NCBI GenBank assembly: GCA_023378865.1
Contig: JAMCSP010000013.1
Span: forward strand, 11,794-67,055
Direction: 5' to 3'
Origin: Candidatus Parvarchaeota archaeon
GTDB taxonomy: Archaea; Nanobdellota; Nanobdellia; Parvarchaeales; Parvarchaeaceae
Length of the DNA: 55,262 nt
Shown here: in pieces, positions 36,727-45,544 of the stretch
How the letters are laid out: every line of letters starts with the position of its first letter
How positions within the stretch are numbered: position 1 is the first letter of the stretch
Position numbers and translations under genes: made by a program
Notes under the pieces: model-generated
What the model saw: the letters and a program-made list of their open reading frames with translations, nothing else
The model's database searches: none
What the model was told of the DNA's origin: nothing

Positions 36727-38142
36727 ATGGTCAATCTGGTCCTATTCGATGCAGGGCTGATGGGTTATTCATTAGCAGTACATATCCTTTTGGTTAGTGT
36801 GGGAATGACTCTTCCTATAATAATGAGTATATCAGAGTTTGTTTCAATAAAATACAAGGTAAAACTCTATGACGTTCTGGCTAAAAGGCTGGCAAATGCC
36901 CTTGTAATATTCTTTGCGGTGGGAACTGCAAGCGGGGTTGTCGTTGCCATAGAACTTTTTGTTCTTTGGCCCAAGTTTATCTCTGTATTGGGGCAGGTAG
37001 GAATATTGCCATTTTACATGGAAGTATTTGCTTTCTTCACAGAGGCCATCCTTCTAGGCATATATGTCTATTTCTGGAATAAATTCAAGAGCAGGATGAA
37101 GCACTGGCTTCTTTCTATATTCATCTCAGTAGGCGCAGTTATGTCGGGTGTTTTCATAACGATGATAAATGCATTCATGAATACGCCAAACGGATTCAAC
37201 ATACCTTACTATCTAAGCACGGGCAAAATAATAGATGTCAATCCTTTTGCTGTTTTGAACACCCCCACGACATGGGTGGAAATAGGGCATGTAGTAGGCT
37301 CCACTGTCTTTGCAGGCGCGGCATTCTTCCTGGCGTACTTTGCCTATAAGCTGTTGAAAACCAAAGGGATAGAAAGGGAGTACTATAAAAAAGCGGCAAA
37401 GATCACGGCGGCAATAGTCATCATTGCAATAATACTGACTGTTATAATAGGCATAGAATCGATTACAAATTTGATGGTTTACCAGCCTGAAAAATTCGCT
37501 GCGCTGGAGATGAACTTTAATTCAGGGCCCCATATAACAGAGGTAATAGGCGGTTTCCTTGTAAATAATAAAACGGTTGATTCAATAAACATCCCCGGTT
37601 TGATGAGCTTTCTGGCTACTGGAAGCTTCAATGGAGTTATAGCAAGCAACGATTCACTGTCAGCGTATGCGAAGAGCACATGGCCACCTGTTACAGTAGT
37701 ACACAATGCATTCGATATAATGGTTGGTTTGGGTGTTTTGATAGGTATTATTATGATTATTTTCCTAGTGATCTGGCTTTTGAATGTAAATAAGATAAGA
37801 GACAGGTTCGAATCTAACAAGTTTTTCAAGAAGTTATTGTCAAGAAAGATATTTTCTGACCCATTTGATAATCCATTGGTGCTGAAAGGGCTGATAGTGA
37901 TAGGAGTGCTTGCCGCCTTTCTTTTGGAAGACGGCTGGGTAACCGACGAGGTTGGAAGGCAGCCCTGGATAATATACAACGTCATGACAGTTTCGGCGGC
38001 AGCCAATACTTCCCCCTCTATTATTCCTGTTGGAATAGCAATCATAGCCTTTTACATAGTAGTTTTGCCTGCAACCATTCTATTTGTACGTAGAGTAATG
38101 AAGAAAAGAGATCTTAACAATGAACTGGGGGTAAAGCCATGA
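36727..38142 (+). CDS. cydA: Cytochrome bd quinol oxidase subunit I
   Basis: 471 aa polytopic protein with the conserved 'GWVTDEVGRQPW'. Confidence 0.88.
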   Translation: MVNLVLFDAGLMGYSLAVHILLVSVGMTLPIIMSISEFVSIKYKVKLYDVLAKRLANALVIFFAVGTASGVVVAIELFVLWPKFISVLGQVGILPFYMEVFAFFTEAILLGIYVYFWNKFKSRMKHWLLSIFISVGAVMSGVFITMINAFMNTPNGFNIPYYLSTGKIIDVNPFAVLNTPTTWVEIGHVVGSTVFAGAAFFLAYFAYKLLKTKGIEREYYKKAAKITAAIVIIAIILTVIIGIESITNLMVYQPEKFAALEMNFNSGPHITEVIGGFLVNNKTVDSINIPGLMSFLATGSFNGVIASNDSLSAYAKSTWPPVTVVHNAFDIMVGLGVLIGIIMIIFLVIWLLNVNKIRDRFESNKFFKKLLSRKIFSDPFDNPLVLKGLIVIGVLAAFLLEDGWVTDEVGRQPWIIYNVMTVSAAANTSPSIIPVGIAIIAFYIVVLPATILFVRRVMKKRDLNNELGVKP

Positions 38143-39176
38143 ACACATACATAACGGTAAATTACGTTCTGCTTGCGATAGTGTTCACATTTCTTTTTGT
38201 CGAGGGCATGTCTGCTATGTCTTTTATATACGACAGAAAAAGCCTGCCGACTGTAAAGAAATACCTCGATCCAATCTGGGCCATAGCCGGAACGTTCGTG
38301 GTTTTCTTCGTTGTAAACATCGAGGTCCTTTTTCCTTCGATACTGCCTTCAATCGATTACATGTACGTTTTTCCGCTACTTTTGGCGGCGCTTCTATTCA
38401 TAGGAAGAAACGTTTTCCTTGTTTTTTCAGAGTACATATGGAAAGACTCTAAATTCAGCCAGATTATGCTTGCAAGGGTTTATTCATTGATAACTTTCAT
38501 AATAATAATCATACTGCTTTCTGTGTTCATATCGATAATATCAGGAGTCGGAACAAATGCAACACTGACCGGATTTTCAACATCTACTTTCTTATCCAAT
38601 CCGTATGTTCTTGGTTTTATACTGGGAACGCTTCTCATAGCGTTTGGTTTGTCGTTCGTTTTCTATAAGATAGAGAAGATGAAACTGTTATCTCCGATAG
38701 CTACAGTTATCGGCCTCCTGTTGTTTGTATTTTCAATCAGCCGTCTGAATCTCAATGTAAATTACATAACTTACGCGCTTGCTGCTGCAATAGCATTGGT
38801 TTCAATTCTTTATTATTTAACAGGGAAAGCAAGGAGAGAAATTGTTTTTATAGCGGCATTCCTTTCCATTATATCAATCAACTTTCTGAATTACGGGAAG
38901 GTCTTCGGAACGCAGTCTTTGACCCTATACCTTAATAATTCTGCGGTTGCGTTTGCCGGGATACTTATTACTATAATAGGGGGGGTTCTGCTTACTGCAA
39001 TGCTCATCTTTTTCCTATACATGTACAGGCTTCCAGATAAAGAAAACAGCAGTTATGATTTCAAAGAAAGCAGCGATGAAGACGAAAAAATAGGCATAGC
39101 AAACTTATATATAATCCCCAATAATAATAAAGTGAATGGGAAAGAACATAAGACGGGGAAGGACAGGAAACGTTAG
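38139..39176 (+). CDS. cydB: Cytochrome bd oxidase subunit II-like membrane protein (divergent)
   Basis: 345 aa polytopic. 4-nt overlap with cydA. Assigned by position and topology rather than by strong motifs. Confidence 0.6.
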   Translation: MNTYITVNYVLLAIVFTFLFVEGMSAMSFIYDRKSLPTVKKYLDPIWAIAGTFVVFFVVNIEVLFPSILPSIDYMYVFPLLLAALLFIGRNVFLVFSEYIWKDSKFSQIMLARVYSLITFIIIIILLSVFISIISGVGTNATLTGFSTSTFLSNPYVLGFILGTLLIAFGLSFVFYKIEKMKLLSPIATVIGLLLFVFSISRLNLNVNYITYALAAAIALVSILYYLTGKARREIVFIAAFLSIISINFLNYGKVFGTQSLTLYLNNSAVAFAGILITIIGGVLLTAMLIFFLYMYRLPDKENSSYDFKESSDEDEKIGIANLYIIPNNNKVNGKEHKTGKDRKR

Positions 39177-39567
39177 ATGTGCTTCGTGCGGCCAGATAAC
39201 CCGAAGGGACAGAGCAGTTTATCTTTTTAGAGACGGTATAAAGGCATATTACTGCCCGGACTGCGCAAAGAAAATACATGGACAAAGGCTTTACAAAGGC
39301 ATGCCAAAATACGTAAAAAGGACTGCCAGTTCAAAAGTAAAGAGAAAATTCACAATCTTCGCAACAGAGGAAGCAGGGGCTGAAACCAATGAGAATGAAG
39401 TTAATGAAGAAACTTCTGCTGACAACGACGTTGAAAACATGAATGAAGAAAACAATGAAAATAATACTCAAGAGAACGACGAAGAAAGCAAGGAAGAAAA
39501 CAATCAAGAAAGCGACGAAGAAAGTAATAACGAAAACAACGAAGAAAATGACCAGAACGAGCAGTAA
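39136..39567 (+). CDS. Zinc-ribbon protein with eS26-like N-terminus and long acidic N/E-rich tail
   Basis: 'GRTGNVRCASCGQITRRDRAV...YYCPDCAKKIHG' parallels eS26 'GRGHV..(I/V)RC.NC....PKDKAI...YCVSCAIH', but the linker is shorter. The tail is about 60 aa of N/E/D. Overlaps the cydB end by 41 nt. Confidence 0.4.
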   Translation: MGKNIRRGRTGNVRCASCGQITRRDRAVYLFRDGIKAYYCPDCAKKIHGQRLYKGMPKYVKRTASSKVKRKFTIFATEEAGAETNENEVNEETSADNDVENMNEENNENNTQENDEESKEENNQESDEESNNENNEENDQNEQ

Positions 39568-39570
39568 TTC

Positions 39571-40362
39571 ATGGTAACGCTAAGAATATCCGCTTCACTT
39601 TTGTGGATTCTGCTTGTAGTCATAATAATACTAATTGCACTTTTTGCGTTTGTTAAATTAAACAAAGCGCCGACAACCGTAAGTACAAGTTCAATTCCTT
39701 CATCAATACAGTATGCTTTGGAGTATTTCAATGCCGCGTATAAAAATGAAACGATTCTTGTGCCTTCACAGTACTATACTGCTGCAAAAGCGCTTTCGAT
39801 AAACGGCAACAGTGTTGTAGAAAACGATACTTTGTATAATTCCATTCTTTTCGGCAGCGCAAAACTGCCAAAAGGCTACAATATATTAATAGACATGGAA
39901 AATGCGTCTGCCCTTCCTTCATTTATTCCTTTTCCATACAATTTAACTTCCGAAAACATAAGCGATTCGCTTAGAAACTGCGAAGTTGCAAGCAGTAAAA
40001 CCGACTTATTTGCAGTCTGTTCAATTTATTCAAATATTACGGTTCCGGTATTAAACGGCACCAACATAACCAAGAGCATAAACCTTGGATTCGGTACTTT
40101 TGCCGCATTTCCAAACAGCACGTCTTTGTATGAAATAAACGGGACAATAGCATATAATGGGCAGAATACTACCTACATCCCCTCGGTAAGAATAAACAAT
40201 ACTGGTTTTTACGGCGGAAGCATGTTTTTGTATGAAAATCAGACCGCTTTCTACCTTTCGCAGTCCGATTTAAACACTTTTTACGGAAAAGAGATGTTTC
40301 TTCCAAATTCGACGCTTAAAAATGTCATTGCAAACTTCTTTTCTGCAAGAATAATCTCATAA
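39571..40362 (+). CDS. N-terminally membrane-anchored, sequon-rich (probably glycosylated) extracellular protein
   Basis: One N-terminal TM segment 'LLWILLVVIIILIALFAFV'. I count 14 N-x-S/T sequons in the remaining ~230 aa. Confidence 0.6.
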   Translation: MVTLRISASLLWILLVVIIILIALFAFVKLNKAPTTVSTSSIPSSIQYALEYFNAAYKNETILVPSQYYTAAKALSINGNSVVENDTLYNSILFGSAKLPKGYNILIDMENASALPSFIPFPYNLTSENISDSLRNCEVASSKTDLFAVCSIYSNITVPVLNGTNITKSINLGFGTFAAFPNSTSLYEINGTIAYNGQNTTYIPSVRINNTGFYGGSMFLYENQTAFYLSQSDLNTFYGKEMFLPNSTLKNVIANFFSARIIS

Positions 40363-40408
40363 TGAAAGCTTTTTAAATATAGTATTACCATAAGTATTAT
40401 TTAATGCT

Positions 40409-40840
40409 ATGAAACTCAAAGAAATAGATGTAGAGCTGTTAGATCTTTTTAAAAAAGGGGAAAAAGTGAAAGAAATAACAAAAAAATTGAACGTTCCCCA
40501 GTCAACGGTCTATTACCATTACAATAAACTCAAGAAAAACGGATTCATTAAGGGCTTAAAGGTGGATATGGACTATGATGAATCAAAAATCTATGAAAAG
40601 GCATTCATTCTAGTTTCATTAAACAGCGTTCATACGACTGATTTCGAAAAGTTTTTCCAGGATCTAAAGGAAGACAAAGTTGTAAAGGAGATGTTTGAAG
40701 TGAGCGGCGACTGGGATTTTATTCTAGCAGTAAGCGGACAAAAAGAGGACATAATAAATTTCGTGCATGAAAAGCTGCAGAACCTGCAAAACGTGAAGAA
40801 AATACAATCTATATTTATAATGAGACACGTAGAAATATAA
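40409..40840 (+). CDS. Lrp/AsnC-family transcriptional regulator (full length)
   Basis: HTH 'VKEITKKLNVPQSTVYYHYNKLKKNGFI' plus RAM domain 'VKEMFEVSGDWDFILAV'. Confidence 0.8.
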   Translation: MKLKEIDVELLDLFKKGEKVKEITKKLNVPQSTVYYHYNKLKKNGFIKGLKVDMDYDESKIYEKAFILVSLNSVHTTDFEKFFQDLKEDKVVKEMFEVSGDWDFILAVSGQKEDIINFVHEKLQNLQNVKKIQSIFIMRHVEI

Positions 40841-41181
40841 TGAGTTTAGCCGATAAGTACAGGGAAGAATTAAAGTCTCAGGGAATAAACGTAGAAATAA
40901 ACAGCGTAAAAATCAAAAAAGACAGGACAAAATTAATTCTTTTAATCATTGGTATAGCTTTGGCAATACCGCTCTACTTTCTCATATTTACAAATTACAA
41001 TTCCTGCTCTATTTACGCTGCAACGCTTTCAAGCACAACAAGCAGTGTTTCTTCAGTTTCTGGGTCATTTTACTTTAAATGCGGCTTGAATTCAATAATG
41101 TATTCAGTGTCTGCAGCACTCCTTATATTTCTTATACTTCTTATAGCCCTTAAAATAATAAGGAAAAGAAAGAACCGATGA
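40840..41181 (+). CDS. Small membrane protein, unknown function
   Basis: 113 aa with two hydrophobic segments. Its start shares one nucleotide with the Lrp gene stop codon (TAATG). Confidence 0.45.
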   Translation: MSLADKYREELKSQGINVEINSVKIKKDRTKLILLIIGIALAIPLYFLIFTNYNSCSIYAATLSSTTSSVSSVSGSFYFKCGLNSIMYSVSAALLIFLILLIALKIIRKRKNR

Positions 41182-41256
41182 GCATCTGCTATTTACATCT
41201 AAATAAGAACCAAACTCTAAAAAAAGAAATTAATAAATGAAATACCATAAGACAGG

Positions 41257-41871
41257 ATGGCACAGCTGTGTTTGCTAAGGCATGGAGAATCTCTTTGGAA
41301 CAAGGAAAACAGATTTACTGGGTGGGTAGATGTTCCTTTGACGGACTTTGGCAGGGAGCAGGCAGAGAAGGCCGGTCAATCAATAAAGAAAGAAGGCATG
41401 CAGTTTCAGGTTGCATACACAAGCGTTTTGGACAGGGCCATAGAAACCCTTGAAATTGTAATGAATACAATACAGCAAAAAATTCCGGTAATAAAGGACT
41501 CTGCATTAAACGAAAGGATGTATGGGGATCTTCAAGGACTGAACAAGGAAGACACTGCAAAGAAATACGGAAGTGAACAAGTTCACATCTGGAGAAGAAG
41601 CTACGACACACGGCCGCCAAACGGAGAAAGCCTCGAGGACACGCAAAAAAGAACCATCCCGTTTTTCATGAACTGCATAATGACCGATTTGAAGGTTGGA
41701 AAAAATGTATTGGTAGTTGCGCATGGGAATAGCCTGCGTTCCATAGTAATGTATCTTGATAATCTGTCAAAGGAGCAGGTATTGTCGTTGGAATTGCCGA
41801 CCGGTTTGCCAATAATATATTCAATTGATTCAAATGGCAAAGTAACTTCAAAAAAAGAACTTGAATATTGA
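41257..41871 (+). CDS. gpmA: 2,3-bisphosphoglycerate-dependent phosphoglycerate mutase
   Basis: 'LLRHGESLWNKENRFTGWVDVPLT' and 'VVAHGNSLR'. Confidence 0.9.
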   Translation: MAQLCLLRHGESLWNKENRFTGWVDVPLTDFGREQAEKAGQSIKKEGMQFQVAYTSVLDRAIETLEIVMNTIQQKIPVIKDSALNERMYGDLQGLNKEDTAKKYGSEQVHIWRRSYDTRPPNGESLEDTQKRTIPFFMNCIMTDLKVGKNVLVVAHGNSLRSIVMYLDNLSKEQVLSLELPTGLPIIYSIDSNGKVTSKKELEY

Positions 41872-41922
41872 TAATTTTTTTCTATCTTCTCATTTAAATA
41901 TAAAAAATTAAGTAACTATAAC

Positions 41923-42696
41923 ATGATAATCACGTTGATTCAATATCTGTTTTCTATTATTGCGGGGTTTTTAGTGGGTTTTTCATTAGGATTGATAGGG
42001 GGAGGCGGTTCTATACTTGCGATACCGTTGTTACTTTATTTTGTAGGCATAGACAAACCGCATCTTGTTATTGGCACAACGGCATTGGCTGTCGGAATAA
42101 ATGCTTATATAAATTTCATTGGCCACTTTAGAAAACACAATGTAGATATCAAAGTCGGCTTAATATTCTCAACAGTTGGTATAGTCGGGGTGTTAATAGG
42201 AACAACGCTTGGACTAATAACGCCCGGAGAGAGTTTAATCGGCATATTCTCAGTTTTAATAATTATAATGGGGGTGTATATGCTTCTTACTAAATGTAAA
42301 AAGTGTACGCACAGCAAAAAGTCCAAAAAGTCAATAGTAAATAAAAAGAAGGTTAGTATATTTAGTTTAATTGCCGGCTTTGCATCGGGATATTTTGGAA
42401 TTGGAGGAGGGTTTATTATAGTGCCTTCAATTCTCTATTCTTCGGATACAAATATAAACAAAGCAGTAGGTACTTCCCTTCTTGCAGTGGGAACATTCGG
42501 CATTGTAACTGCAATAAGGTACGCTTTTGCAGGTGACCTTATCATATCGATAGCATTGTTGTATGTATTTGGAGGATTTTTTGGAGGAATAATAGGCACT
42601 AGAATTACTACCTCTATCAGTAAGTCGCTGCTTAGAAAAATATTCGCAATTATAATCCTGGTTGTGGGCATTTATATGCTGGTTCCATTTATATGA
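41923..42696 (+). CDS. TauE/SafE-family anion exporter
   Basis: 257 aa with two repeats carrying 'GGGGSIL.IPLL' and 'GIGGGFIIVP'. Confidence 0.75.
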   Translation: MIITLIQYLFSIIAGFLVGFSLGLIGGGGSILAIPLLLYFVGIDKPHLVIGTTALAVGINAYINFIGHFRKHNVDIKVGLIFSTVGIVGVLIGTTLGLITPGESLIGIFSVLIIIMGVYMLLTKCKKCTHSKKSKKSIVNKKKVSIFSLIAGFASGYFGIGGGFIIVPSILYSSDTNINKAVGTSLLAVGTFGIVTAIRYAFAGDLIISIALLYVFGGFFGGIIGTRITTSISKSLLRKIFAIIILVVGIYMLVPFI

Positions 42697-42796
42697 TTTT
42701 TATGTAGTGCCTAACACTGCAAATTAAACATCCTTTGCAGGGTTTTCTCTAACAAACATTAAAATCTTTATTAAGGATTTCATATCTCTACTAGCT

Positions 42797-43348
42797 ATGA
42801 TAAACGAAAAATTTATCGACATAAGATGGCAGAGGGGCAAACTGGAATCGCTGCTTTCCAAATTCAAAGAAAAATCGGCTTTCCGTTCAGCATTCGACAA
42901 AGGCAGGTATTACATAACAAATTCTAACGGCATGTTCTGCGGCAAGTATGACTACTGCAATGACAGGATACTACTGGACAAATGGTTTATTTATGATTCA
43001 CTGTGCTCCGACAAAGTTGCTGAAATTGAAAACGTGCTTATACATGAAGAAGCACACAGGCAGACCAGGTTGCAGGGAACATACGAAAGCGGAAAGCCGG
43101 ATCACTGGGCAGAGTGGCTGAAAACATACCTAGAAATGGGGGGCAGCATCCCGCAGGTTTATATAAAAGAAAAAGCGTACGAGCATGAAAAGGAATATTC
43201 GGAAGTAAAGGATGAGGATATAAAAAATATAATAATATTGGGGTATAAAGAAAGCGAGAATGCAAGAAAAGTACTGCAAAGAGCAAAGGAATTACACGTA
43301 AATTTCATCTACGTAGACAGAAACCGGAAAATCGAAGTATACGGATAA
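42797..43348 (+). CDS. Hypothetical protein with HExxH motif (possible SprT/WLM-like metalloprotease)
   Basis: 'VLIHEEAHRQ' at about aa 82-91. No other motif recognised. Confidence 0.4.
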   Translation: MINEKFIDIRWQRGKLESLLSKFKEKSAFRSAFDKGRYYITNSNGMFCGKYDYCNDRILLDKWFIYDSLCSDKVAEIENVLIHEEAHRQTRLQGTYESGKPDHWAEWLKTYLEMGGSIPQVYIKEKAYEHEKEYSEVKDEDIKNIIILGYKESENARKVLQRAKELHVNFIYVDRNRKIEVYG

Positions 43349-43420
43349 GGCAATCCATCCAGTGCAGATGCCTAACTCCCCTAAAGAATACACTTTTTAT
43401 TGCAGTACCAAAAACGGCAA

Positions 43421-43493
43421 TGGGCCCAGGGAGGTTCGAACTCCCGGCCTTCTCCGTGTGAGGGAGACGTCATAACCACTAGACCATGAGCCC
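43421..43493 (-). tRNA. tRNA-Val (anticodon CAC)
   Basis: Reverse complement: acceptor GGGCTCA/TGGGCCC, anticodon arm TCTCC-CTCACAC-GGAGA, T-arm GGGAG-TTCGAAC-CTCCC. Confidence 0.9.
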
Positions 43494-43606
43494 ACGGCAA
43501 TCACCGATATAACTTATGTAATCGGTATTTTATTAGTTTACTGTCTTTTATACAATAAGTATTTATTACTGCCGTTTTATCTAAGAAATAATTTTGCCGC
43601 TTTCTT

Positions 43607-44650
43607 CTAAAAGCTTGCAGAACTTGAAGTAAGCGAAGAGCTTGCAAACAGAACAGACACCCCTATTCTTACCATAAAGAATATTCCCAGGCCTATCAAT
43701 ACGTATACAGGAACGTTTTTCAGGCCGTTCTTTGCCTTTCCTGTGTTCAGTATCCCCCCAAGAAGGGCACTGGAAGCCGTCGTTATTATTACATTTATTG
43801 TCGAAACCACTATCACAAGCGTCACTGAAATGTGCGGAAGGCTGAATCCGGAAAAAATCCCAAGGGTTCCGCTTGGCAGGTTTGCTGCCGCAGTCCCTCC
43901 ATTCGTAGATGCACCCACCTGGTCAAGTATCCCTATAAGAAAAGATGAAACGCCGTAAAGTAAAGGTGCCGCAAGCGTAGCCGCTATGAATATGAAAAGA
44001 GAGTAGCTTTTTACCTGGGACCTCATGTCGTTCCTTATGCTTTCATTCTGCAAAAGATTGCTGGCAAGGTTTTCCAGTATCAAGTGCAATTCCGCTCCCG
44101 ATCTTATTCCCTCGGATATTATTCTTACGCTGTCCTTGAAGAATTCAGAGTTTGTCATGTCATTCATTTCCATTAATGCTTCGGAGAAGTTTTTACCTGC
44201 CTGCGTCTCTATTGCAGCTTTGTTTAGGAGGTAATTCAACTTTCCAAATTCCGGTTTCATTGATGCTATGAATGAATTCTCAGGTATCATTCCCGCTCTA
44301 AGGTTTGCAGCCATAAGCAGAAGCATGTCCGGCAGAACTTTTTCTATCTTTGCTGCTACGGCATCTGCAAATATAGAAAGTATGGACCTTACAAGCAGCA
44401 ACCCGCCGAAGAATATTCCAACTGCAGCCCCTATTGCGTAAAGAGGAGAGTGAAGAAAGTGGAAAACCAATATGGCGCCGATTATAGCTCCAACTATGAG
44501 CAGAATGGAAATAGTTCCTATTGTGTTGTCAAGGTCTTCTCCTCCCATCTGTGCATATATAAACTGCTCTTTCATTGGTACAGTAAGCTTTTTTGGAAGA
44601 GCATGCGCCAGCGCTGCCCGTATGTCTTTGTGGCCAGAATTTCGTTTCAT
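43607..44650 (-). CDS. Type IV filament membrane platform protein, T2SSF-domain (TadC-like half)
   Basis: 347 aa. TM-cytoplasmic helical domain-TM layout with 'LPDMLLLMAANLRAGM'. 4-nt overlap with the upstream platform gene. Confidence 0.7.
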   Translation of the reverse strand: MKRNSGHKDIRAALAHALPKKLTVPMKEQFIYAQMGGEDLDNTIGTISILLIVGAIIGAILVFHFLHSPLYAIGAAVGIFFGGLLLVRSILSIFADAVAAKIEKVLPDMLLLMAANLRAGMIPENSFIASMKPEFGKLNYLLNKAAIETQAGKNFSEALMEMNDMTNSEFFKDSVRIISEGIRSGAELHLILENLASNLLQNESIRNDMRSQVKSYSLFIFIAATLAAPLLYGVSSFLIGILDQVGASTNGGTAAANLPSGTLGIFSGFSLPHISVTLVIVVSTINVIITTASSALLGGILNTGKAKNGLKNVPVYVLIGLGIFFMVRIGVSVLFASSSLTSSSASF

Positions 44651-45543
44651 ACTCCTATCGAAGGCCTCCTGTTACCTACCATGCCCATAAAGAATATCTG
44701 AAACGTCAGAAGGAACGGCGGTATAATATATATTATGTCTACTGTATTGAAGTGCGCTAGTGAACCCAGGATTACAAATACGGACATACCAAGACTAGGA
44801 ACTACTACGGATATAAGCATATAAGCCATCGACATCGGTGTCAATTCACCGGCATACAACTTCATGTCAGACTGCTGTTTTTTGATAAGCATGTCATTTA
44901 TAAGAGTAAGCGTGCCTGCAACATCGCTTCCCGATTTTATTGCATTTAACATTATGTCTATCGTCCTTCTAAGTGACTGGGAAGGAACCCTCCTTGCCAA
45001 GTGGTCAAGTGCATCCTCCTGCGGTACTCCCGATTCTATCTCTTCTATTGCCAGTTTAAATTCGTCTGATACAACGCCGTAATCTCCGTTTGCAACATCA
45101 AGCAGTGCATTGAATACAGGAACTCCGGAACCTACCTTTATCATTATCTCCCTTGTTGCAAACACAACCTGCTCTTCTATCAGCTTTGTTCTTTTTACCG
45201 CTTGAAGTTTGGGGAAATTTAGGAAATACAGGAAGTAAACCGCGGGAACCACAATCACAAGTACAGGTATTATGGCCTCAATTTTTATGGTAAGCAGGTC
45301 TTTTTTTATGGCTATCAAAAGTATAAGCCCTGCCACCGCAAGCATCAAACCGACAAGAACTAATGTAACAATTATTCCTGCGGCTATGTAATCAAGATAA
45401 TCTATGTCCATCGATGCCTGTACTAGGTCCTGCTTCAATGAAGGACTAAGGCCTTTGAAAGCAGGTGCGAATTTCTTAACTTTCTTTCCGAAGAACAGCG
45501 CCTTCTCCGGAGAAATCATCACGGCAGGTATTTTAGTTTCCAT
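44647..45543 (-). CDS. Type IV filament membrane platform protein, T2SSF-domain (TadB-like half)
   Basis: 298 aa. 'FATREIMIKVGSGVPVFNALLDVA' resembles the T2SSF helical domain. Starts 1 nt after the ATPase stop. Confidence 0.7.
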   Translation of the reverse strand: METKIPAVMISPEKALFFGKKVKKFAPAFKGLSPSLKQDLVQASMDIDYLDYIAAGIIVTLVLVGLMLAVAGLILLIAIKKDLLTIKIEAIIPVLVIVVPAVYFLYFLNFPKLQAVKRTKLIEEQVVFATREIMIKVGSGVPVFNALLDVANGDYGVVSDEFKLAIEEIESGVPQEDALDHLARRVPSQSLRRTIDIMLNAIKSGSDVAGTLTLINDMLIKKQQSDMKLYAGELTPMSMAYMLISVVVPSLGMSVFVILGSLAHFNTVDIIYIIPPFLLTFQIFFMGMVGNRRPSIGV

Positions 45544-45544
45544 T

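Noticed and set aside
37479-38045. 188-aa minus-strand ORF inside cydA
   Set aside because: It is antisense to cydA, which carries the diagnostic GWVTDEVGRQPW motif. It has no features of its own.
39136-39567. Alternative assignments of the Zn-ribbon protein as eL24 or RpoP
   Set aside because: eL24 has C-x3-C in its second pair and no basic N-terminal 'GR..VRC' lead-in. RpoP is far shorter with different spacing. The eS26-like match is better but still weak, so confidence is kept low.
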